A stretch of 32,000 nt of DNA from Telmatocola sphagniphila (GTDB taxonomy: Bacteria > Planctomycetota > Planctomycetia > Gemmatales > Gemmataceae): positions 6,180,001 to 6,212,000 of the forward strand of contig NZ_CP074694.1 of the NCBI RefSeq assembly GCF_018398935.1, written 5' to 3'. Shown in pieces: positions 25,875 to 32,000 of this stretch. The notes beneath the pieces are model-generated. The model ran no database searches. It was not told the origin of the DNA and saw only the letters and a program-made list of their open reading frames with translations. The translations under genes and the position numbers were made by a program. The stretch's first letter is position 1; each line of letters begins with the position of its first letter.

Positions 25875-26108
25875 GTCTGCGGGTTGATTAGTAGGGTTGT
25901 CGAACCGTTCCACTTGCCAGAGAAATCGTCGATGAACAGACGGGCCGTGAAGGATATGGAAATCGGGCGATTCAGCTAATTCGAAGGGACCAGCACTAAC
26001 ACAAATTTGGGGCATCCGGATAGGACACCCCGCTACGAATACCACCAGCCTATGTACCGTCTCGATCTGGCGGACAACCTATTTTATTTGCCCGCCAGCC
26101 AGCAGTGA

Positions 26109-27428
26109 CTATTTCTTGAACTCGATAGCGTTGGCCAGTTCCACATCCTTGGTGCCGATCTTGTTGGCATTGGCCGCCCGGGTGGTGAAGGTCGCCAGCA
26201 GGTGATCCCCCTGGGGGCTAACGATCATGTAGTAGCCTTGGATCACTTTCAGACCATCCATATCCCCGCGGGCGACGATGCGATAAATCCAGCGATCATC
26301 ATCGGAAGCGACCTGTCCGGCATCCAGAATCTCTTCGAACTTCCAGGCCTTGGAACCCATGATCGCCTGCTTGAAATCTTCGATTTCAATCTTCTTGCCG
26401 GGTGCCAATTTTTCCCAGGGCAGTATAGTCGCCTGTACCAGGAACTCACCTCGATTGAGCAACCGGAGGATGCAATGCTCTTCGGTCTGACTCACAACGC
26501 TCCAGTCACGGGAGTGCAGGAACGTATAGCGGCCCTTCAGATCTTTCACGCTCAGCGTTTTCAGAAGACCGGGAGGATCATCTTCGGCCGGCACGCCGAC
26601 CAGCGCGGCGGGATTCAATTCTTTGGGCTCCACGCTGAGATATTCCCGCTTGACAGTGATATTGCATTTCAGCGAAGCGATCGGCGAAACTGGGCCCTGA
26701 TCGCGTTCGTCGTTCTGGTTCCAGGTCAGCTTCACAATCCGGCTCTTCAGAAGATCGTATTCCACCGTGGCATCAATCGCCTGTTTCACTTGAGCCCCGG
26801 CTTCGATGCCACTGGCATCGCCGACGATACGCAAAATGGCCAGCCCCTCTTTAACTTCCTTGAACGTTCCCTTGAGGTTCTGATCGATCAAACCATCGAA
26901 CTGACAGAAGCTTTGAACGCAGGCACTTCGGATGCTCCAGGTGTCACCGATTTCAACTTCTTTGTTCGGTAGCAAGCCGGTCAGGTGCAGAGTATCGAAA
27001 TGGTCCTGGGTCACTTCCAGTTCCGGCCGGGTCAGTGGACCGCCGGGGCTGTAGCACAAATGCTGATCGTTGATGCGCTGAGCGACGATCAGCGAACGTT
27101 CGGGCCGCAGTGTCCGTCGGATGGGATCGTTACCAATGGTGGCCGAGCTATCGGCCTTTTCATAACGGCGGGCCGTCTTGCAGGTCAGGCCATTCAAATC
27201 CTTGAGGGTTTTCTCGAAATAGATGTGCGTACTCTGGGCATCGACTGGTATTTCGAGCGGTTTGCCTTCGCGCGTGACTTTCAGAACGCCTTTGATTTTG
27301 GTATCCAGCTCGATCTTAAAGCATTCCCCCACTTTGGGGTTTTCTATTAGCGAGTGCTTCTGGGCCGAAGCATGGTCGGGATAAATCAGAGGGAGCGAAA
27401 ACAGTCCTATCAAGAGCCAAGCCCGCAT
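26109..27428 (-). CDS. secreted protein of unknown function (439 aa)
   Basis: Signal peptide MRAWLLIGLFSLPLIYPDHASAQ from the ATG at 27428. It is a long uninterrupted ORF with no motif I can assign. Confidence 0.6.
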   Translation of the reverse strand: MRAWLLIGLFSLPLIYPDHASAQKHSLIENPKVGECFKIELDTKIKGVLKVTREGKPLEIPVDAQSTHIYFEKTLKDLNGLTCKTARRYEKADSSATIGNDPIRRTLRPERSLIVAQRINDQHLCYSPGGPLTRPELEVTQDHFDTLHLTGLLPNKEVEIGDTWSIRSACVQSFCQFDGLIDQNLKGTFKEVKEGLAILRIVGDASGIEAGAQVKQAIDATVEYDLLKSRIVKLTWNQNDERDQGPVSPIASLKCNITVKREYLSVEPKELNPAALVGVPAEDDPPGLLKTLSVKDLKGRYTFLHSRDWSVVSQTEEHCILRLLNRGEFLVQATILPWEKLAPGKKIEIEDFKQAIMGSKAWKFEEILDAGQVASDDDRWIYRIVARGDMDGLKVIQGYYMIVSPQGDHLLATFTTRAANANKIGTKDVELANAIEFKK

Positions 27429-27682
27429 GGCAACTCCTGGCATTATGCCGAACACCTGTGTGGATTATTCAGTCTGTGGTGTTTAAATCGACCATATCGG
27501 GGAGCTGCTGCGGACTCGAAAGGGGTTTGAATCGGCTCGAAGGCGTTATTCCACTCCTACGACCGGCAAAGTTTTGCTCACCCCCGCAATTTAAACCGCG
27601 GGAGTTTATTTCGAAAAACCTTGATTCGGCTTCAAGTCTTACCCATAATCAGCTTCACCTACCTCAGCAAGGAGTCTCTCCC

Positions 27683-28966
27683 ATGCGTTTTTTGTTTACG
27701 CTTCCCTTCATTTTGGCCGGTGTTCTGGTGGCAATACCCAGCCAACCGGTTACCTCTCAAGAAAAAGCCACAACCACGGTCGCCTGGCAGCGAATTGTCA
27801 TCGATAAGAAATTTCGCGCCGAAGGCGTGGCCGTCGCCGATGTGAATAAGGACGGCAAGATCGATATTATGAACGGCGAATACTGGTACGAAGCTCCCAA
27901 CTGGACCCCGCACGAAATGCAGCCGCCGCGCGAATACTACATGGGGCTGGGGCCAGATGGTAAAGGCAATAATTACAGCCATTCGTTCGCCTGCTGGGCG
28001 GAAGATATCAATGGCGATGGCTACCCCGACCTGATTGTGATCGATTTCCCGGGGGATCCCTGCTTCTGGCTGGAAAATCCCAAGGGCAAGGACGGGCACT
28101 GGAAAAAGCACATTATCTGGCACTCGGCCTGCAACGAAACTCCCCAATACGCCGATCTGTTCGGGACCGGCAAAAAAGTGCTGATTATGGGAACGCAACC
28201 GGTGGGCAAGCGAGGCGATTCCAATGAAGGGCAGATGGCCTACTTCACCCCCGGTAAAGATCCCACCGCGCTGTGGGAAATGCATCCGATCAGCGAACCG
28301 AGCACTCCACCGACGATCAAGGACGGCAAGCCGGTTCCAGGTACGGGTAAAGTCATTCCCGGGACGAATCGCTTCTCGCATGGTCTGGGTGTCGGCGACG
28401 TCAACGGCGATGGTCGATTAGATGTGATCTGCACCGACGGCTGGTGGGAACAACCCAAGGAAAAGAGCGATAAACCCTGGGTATTCCATCCGGCTCGCTT
28501 AGGCGAACCCTGCTCCGATATGTTCGCGTATGATATGGATGGCGATGGCAAGAATGACATCATTTCCGCTTCGGCGCATAAGTTCGGCATCTGGTGGTAC
28601 CACAACCGCGGGCTGGATGCGAAGGGCAATCCGACCTTCCTGAAGCAGGATCTGTTTCCCGATCTGGTTTCCGAAACCCACGCCATGCACTTTGTCGATA
28701 TCGACGGCGACGGTTTGAAGGATCTGGTCACCGGAAAACGCTTTGGCTCGCACGGCTACGGCGAACCGGGGGCCGAGAAACCGGCGATGCTCTACTGGTT
28801 CAAAGCCAGCAAGGACAAATCGGGCATGACGCAGTTCACGCCGTTCCCGATCGATAATGATTCCGGTGTGGGGACTCAGTTCGCGGTCGCTGATGTCAAT
28901 GGCGATGGCAAACTGGATGTAATTGTTTCCAATAAAAAGGGTGTTTTCCTTCACCTTCAGAAGTAG
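27683..28966 (+). CDS. secreted FG-GAP/VCBS-repeat (beta-propeller) protein
   Basis: The ATG at 27683 is preceded by AAGGAG at 27669-27674. Signal peptide MRFLFTLPFILAGVLVAIPS. Six Ca-binding-type repeats: DVNKDGKIDI, DINGDGYPDL, DVNGDGRLDV, DMDGDGKNDI, DIDGDGLKDL and DVNGDGKLDV. Confidence 0.85.
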   Translation: MRFLFTLPFILAGVLVAIPSQPVTSQEKATTTVAWQRIVIDKKFRAEGVAVADVNKDGKIDIMNGEYWYEAPNWTPHEMQPPREYYMGLGPDGKGNNYSHSFACWAEDINGDGYPDLIVIDFPGDPCFWLENPKGKDGHWKKHIIWHSACNETPQYADLFGTGKKVLIMGTQPVGKRGDSNEGQMAYFTPGKDPTALWEMHPISEPSTPPTIKDGKPVPGTGKVIPGTNRFSHGLGVGDVNGDGRLDVICTDGWWEQPKEKSDKPWVFHPARLGEPCSDMFAYDMDGDGKNDIISASAHKFGIWWYHNRGLDAKGNPTFLKQDLFPDLVSETHAMHFVDIDGDGLKDLVTGKRFGSHGYGEPGAEKPAMLYWFKASKDKSGMTQFTPFPIDNDSGVGTQFAVADVNGDGKLDVIVSNKKGVFLHLQK

Positions 28967-29067
28967 AAACGCCGGATGTAGCAGTCTTAACTTCGCCCAC
29001 CTCTTATTCATTTCCGGGGTTAGCGGACTGCACTCGATATCCGCGAGTACGACGATACAATAGTTGA

Positions 29068-30075
29068 ATGAATAAAGGACGAAGGCTCGCCAGGATATTC
29101 ATTCAATGGGTGCTGCCCATCGCCGTGCTCATTGCGATTGCCTGGCAATTCGTCAGTATCCTTTCTCGTCCCGAAGTCCGTGAGCAAATCGACAAATTGC
29201 AACTGCGCTGGTATTGGCTGGTCGGTTCGGGAATTCTCTATCTCTGCGCTCATACGATTTGGGCAAATTTCTGGACACGACTGCTTACTCAACAAGGGCT
29301 ACCGACCTCTCAGGCTACCGGCATCACTGCGTACTTCATCAGCCAGTTGGGAAAATATATTCCAGGCAAAATCTGGGTGATTCTCATTCGGGTGACCATG
29401 CTGGGCACAAGCGGAAAATCGCGTACTATCGTTGCGGTCACGGCCACGTTCGAAGCTTTGACATCCATGGCCACCGGCGGTTTTATCGCCGCTCTACTAT
29501 TGCCGTTGCTGTCGCTCGATCTCACCAAGTTTGGAGCTAAAAACTCTTCTCTTGTGGCGATTGCCCTGCTACCGGTCGGCCTGGTATTTTTAAACCGCTT
29601 GATTTACGTGATGGTGAAACGTCAGAGCCAAAGTGGCGAAACCGATATTCCGCTGATGAGTTTTCGAACCATGCTGCTGGGGATTCTTCAGGCAGCGGTC
29701 GGCTGGTTATTCCTGGGCTTAAGCTTGTGGATGACCATGCAGGCGATTCTTCCCGAGTTCAGAGCTTTGGAACTGGAGGAACTGGGCCGTCTGACCGCCA
29801 TCAATGCGATTGCCTACGTCATCGGTTTCATCTTTCTGTTTATGCCGGCCGGGGCGGGTATCCGGGAAGATGTGATGAAAGGACTGCTAACCCCGGAACT
29901 TGCAGGCAATTTTGGGGAGGGAGCGGCCGGCGTGGCCCTCTATATCGCCCTGATACTGCGTCTGGTCTGGACCACGGCGGAAATACTTCTGGTCGGCCTC
30001 CTGTATTTGCGCAAAAAAAAATTGGGGTCCGTCCCGGTCCCAGTAACGCCGAGCTTGCAGGAGCAAGCGGCATGA
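29068..30075 (+). CDS. flippase-like integral membrane protein (UPF0104 / LPG-synthase-TM-like family)
   Basis: 335 aa with about 8 TM segments. It contains the block YFISQLGKYIPGKIW, which I associate with the lysyl-PG-synthase transmembrane / TIGR00374 flippase-like family. Its stop overlaps the next start (ATGA at 30072-30075). Confidence 0.6.
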   Translation: MNKGRRLARIFIQWVLPIAVLIAIAWQFVSILSRPEVREQIDKLQLRWYWLVGSGILYLCAHTIWANFWTRLLTQQGLPTSQATGITAYFISQLGKYIPGKIWVILIRVTMLGTSGKSRTIVAVTATFEALTSMATGGFIAALLLPLLSLDLTKFGAKNSSLVAIALLPVGLVFLNRLIYVMVKRQSQSGETDIPLMSFRTMLLGILQAAVGWLFLGLSLWMTMQAILPEFRALELEELGRLTAINAIAYVIGFIFLFMPAGAGIREDVMKGLLTPELAGNFGEGAAGVALYIALILRLVWTTAEILLVGLLYLRKKKLGSVPVPVTPSLQEQAA

Positions 30076-30992
30076 GTGCGGACACTGTTGAACCGAAACT
30101 GGTTTCCTCTCTCTCGCTGGTCATACCGCTTTTCAATGAACAGGAAAGCCTGGAACCGCTATGGCGGGAGATTCAACAGATCGGCGCTCAGGAACATTAT
30201 TCCCTGGAAGTCGTTTTCGTTGACGATGGCAGTACCGATGGGTCCTGGGAAGTGATCCGCAAGCTGGCCTCGGAAGATTCTCGAATCAAAGGCATCAAGT
30301 TTCGGACCAATTTCGGCAAAGCCGCCGCACTGTCGGCTGGATTCGCGACTGCCCGCGGCGAACTGGTCGTGACCATGGACGCCGATCTTCAGGACGATCC
30401 GCACGAGATTCCGAATTTTCTGAAAACGCTTCGACAGGGTTACGATCTCGTCAGCGGCTGGAAGAAAATTCGCTTCGATCCCTGGCACAAAGTGTTTCCC
30501 AGCCGGGTGTTCAATTTTCTGGTCAGCAGCGCCACCGGCGTGCACCTGCACGATCACAACTGCGGTATGAAGATTTACAGGCGGGAGGTCACTGGCGAGA
30601 TTTCGCTCTATGGCGAGATGCACCGGTTTATACCCAGCCTGGCGGTGATGCGGGGCTTCCGCGTCGGCGAAATGGTTTTGCACCACCGACCGCGAAAATT
30701 CGGCCGCTCCAAATATGGGGCAAAGCGCTTCATCAAAGGATTTCTCGATCTGATCACGGTGACCTTCCGCAAGCGCTTCGGCCAGCGGCCGATGCATCCG
30801 CTCGGTTTCATCGCAGGCTTCTCGATCTCGGTAGGGGTGGTGGTTTGCCTCTTAGGCCAGCCCGGCTGGGCTTGGTTTCTCTGGCTCGTCGGCTTCCAAT
30901 TTTTCCTGAGCGGTTTACTGGCCGAATTGCAATTAGGCCAGAAGAGTGAACGCCTTGAGACTTATGCAGTCTCAGATCGGATCGGATCATGA
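30072..30992 (+). CDS. GT2-family polyprenyl-phosphate glycosyltransferase (GtrB/ArnC/DPM1-like)
   Basis: Contains LSLVIPLFNEQESL, VVFVDDGSTDGS, RNFGKAAALSAGF and the DxD motif TMDADLQDDP. Two C-terminal TM helices follow (PLGFIAGFSISVGVVVCLLG and FLWLVGFQFFLSGLLAEL). The start is fixed by the ATGA overlap with the upstream gene, and the ORF-track extension is rejected. Confidence 0.85.
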   Translation: MSADTVEPKLVSSLSLVIPLFNEQESLEPLWREIQQIGAQEHYSLEVVFVDDGSTDGSWEVIRKLASEDSRIKGIKFRTNFGKAAALSAGFATARGELVVTMDADLQDDPHEIPNFLKTLRQGYDLVSGWKKIRFDPWHKVFPSRVFNFLVSSATGVHLHDHNCGMKIYRREVTGEISLYGEMHRFIPSLAVMRGFRVGEMVLHHRPRKFGRSKYGAKRFIKGFLDLITVTFRKRFGQRPMHPLGFIAGFSISVGVVVCLLGQPGWAWFLWLVGFQFFLSGLLAELQLGQKSERLETYAVSDRIGS

Positions 30993-32000
30993 ACGATGCG
31001 ATCTTAATTCGGAAACTGGCCTGCCGGCTACTGATGTTTCTGGTCATCGGCTGTATGACTGCGCGGCTATTCGCCGTGGAAAATGTCCTCGAGCCGAGTC
31101 TGATCAAACGCTACGACCGCAACTTTCCCGCGAGTAACCCGCTACCCTCTCCGACCTTTTCCGCCAACGATCGGGCTCGCTGGGCGACCGTTCGCGCTCT
31201 GGTGGATCGGGGCACTTTTGTGATTGGGGAGAGGATCGAAGATAGCGGCAGTCCTACGGGCTACCGGGATGAAGGGATTCTGTTCGAAGAATCCTATCGC
31301 TCGATCGATGTGGTCATGAATCCGGAAACTCAAAAATTTTATGGAACCAAGCCGCCACTTTTGACGGTAATTGTTGCTGGCGAGTACTGGTTACTTAAGA
31401 AAATCACCGGCTGGGATATCGATCGAGATCGCTGGCCGGTGGTTTGTACGATTCTGCTGACACTGAATATTCTCCCATTCGCGATATATCTGTTCCTGAT
31501 TGAACGCTTACTCGATTCGATGCCGGTCAGCGAAGGAGCCAAACTCTTCACCTTCGCGGCCTGCTGTTTCGGGACTTTTCTGACGACTTTTTCCAACACA
31601 CTCAACAATCACACTCCCGCCAGTTTCTGCATTCTGTTCGCACTCTATCCCTGGTTGAAATCTCGGTCGGCCGGGGAATCGCTCTCGGCGGGGGCGGTTC
31701 TCATTTCAGGGTTGCTGACCGGTTTTGCCGCCTCTCTCGATCTACCGGCCGCGGCATTCGCGGGTTTACTCGGCCTTTTGGTACTCCGTCAATCCTTCGG
31801 CCGGGCGTTTTTGTTTGCCGTGGGGGTGATCATTCCGCTGGTAATTCAGGCGATCATCAATTACTGGGCGATCAGTGAATGGCAGCCCATTTATGCGAAG
31901 TTTGGCGGCCCCTGGTATGAATTTGCCGGTAGCCACTGGCTGAAACTGAAGCAAACGCCGCGGCCGCCGGGCATCGATTTTGCGGATGAACCCAAAACTC
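30989..32000 (+). CDS. partial polytopic membrane protein, GT-C-fold (ArnT/PMT_2-like) glycosyltransferase candidate; 3' end lies beyond the window
   Basis: It is absent from the ORF track because no stop is reached. My manual translation from the ATG at 30989 (ATGA overlap with the GT2 stop) gives 337 codons without a stop: MNDAILIRKLACRLLMFLVIGCMTARLF...YGTKPPLLTVIVAGEYWLLKK...FTFAACCFGTFLTTF...LLTGFAASLDLPAAAF... There are multiple TM segments and a KPPL motif after the first periplasmic loop, as in PMT_2/ArnT-like enzymes. Confidence 0.6.
   Translation, partial: MNDAILIRKLACRLLMFLVIGCMTARLFAVENVLEPSLIKRYDRNFPASNPLPSPTFSANDRARWATVRALVDRGTFVIGERIEDSGSPTGYRDEGILFEESYRSIDVVMNPETQKFYGTKPPLLTVIVAGEYWLLKKITGWDIDRDRWPVVCTILLTLNILPFAIYLFLIERLLDSMPVSEGAKLFTFAACCFGTFLTTFSNTLNNHTPASFCILFALYPWLKSRSAGESLSAGAVLISGLLTGFAASLDLPAAAFAGLLGLLVLRQSFGRAFLFAVGVIIPLVIQAIINYWAISEWQPIYAKFGGPWYEFAGSHWLKLKQTPRPPGIDFADEPKT

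Noticed and set aside
25875-26108. 234-bp convergent intergenic gap examined for a tRNA, ncRNA, MITE or terminator
   Set aside because: There is no tRNA-like T-arm or cloverleaf and there are no terminal inverted repeats. The only structure is a 7-bp stem (CTGGCGG 26067-26073 with CCGCCAG 26092-26098) with an 18-nt loop and no U-tract. I could not support any feature.
1-32000. Mobile elements, CRISPR arrays, prophage or defence-island hallmarks
   Set aside because: I saw no transposase, integrase or recombinase-like ORFs, no repeat-spacer arrays, no tRNA integration sites, and no nuclease, ATPase or methylase combinations typical of known defence systems. Apart from the Lys/Glu-rich TPR gene, composition looks uniform by eye.

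Overview
This is a gene-dense 32 kb chromosomal window with about 27 protein-coding genes on both strands. I found no rRNA, tRNA, CRISPR array, transposase or integrase. Housekeeping genes are scattered singly: rplC, clpB, an htrA-like protease, citrate synthase and serS. Between them lie many signal-peptide or membrane proteins (LRR, TPR, FG-GAP, CBM9-like, a transglutaminase/alpha-beta-hydrolase fusion) and several secreted proteins with no recognisable family. This content, a Hanks kinase and the dispersed ribosomal-protein gene suggest a Planctomycetota-like genome. That is an inference from gene content, not a database result. Several ORF-track entries carry spurious N-terminal extensions, and I re-called their starts from signal peptides, SD-like motifs and stop/start overlaps. 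One gene is absent from the ORF track because it runs off the right edge (30989 to beyond 32000). It is the third member of a translationally coupled trio: a flippase-like membrane protein, a GT2 polyprenyl-phosphate glycosyltransferase and a GT-C-like membrane protein. I rank this envelope-glycosylation module as the best candidate for an uncharacterised system. Other items worth a second look:
- a soluble Hanks kinase coupled to an internally duplicated ABC-2-permease-like protein with no ATPase nearby
- a tiny Cys-rich lipoprotein with an internal 19-bp repeat
- a lidless Hsp70 paralogue sitting directly behind the intrinsic terminator of an orphan rplC
- a clpB-htrA pair separated by 3 nt
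- a nested palindromic double terminator containing a 17-bp perfect inverted repeat

All family assignments rest on motif recognition by eye and need HMM or structure confirmation.
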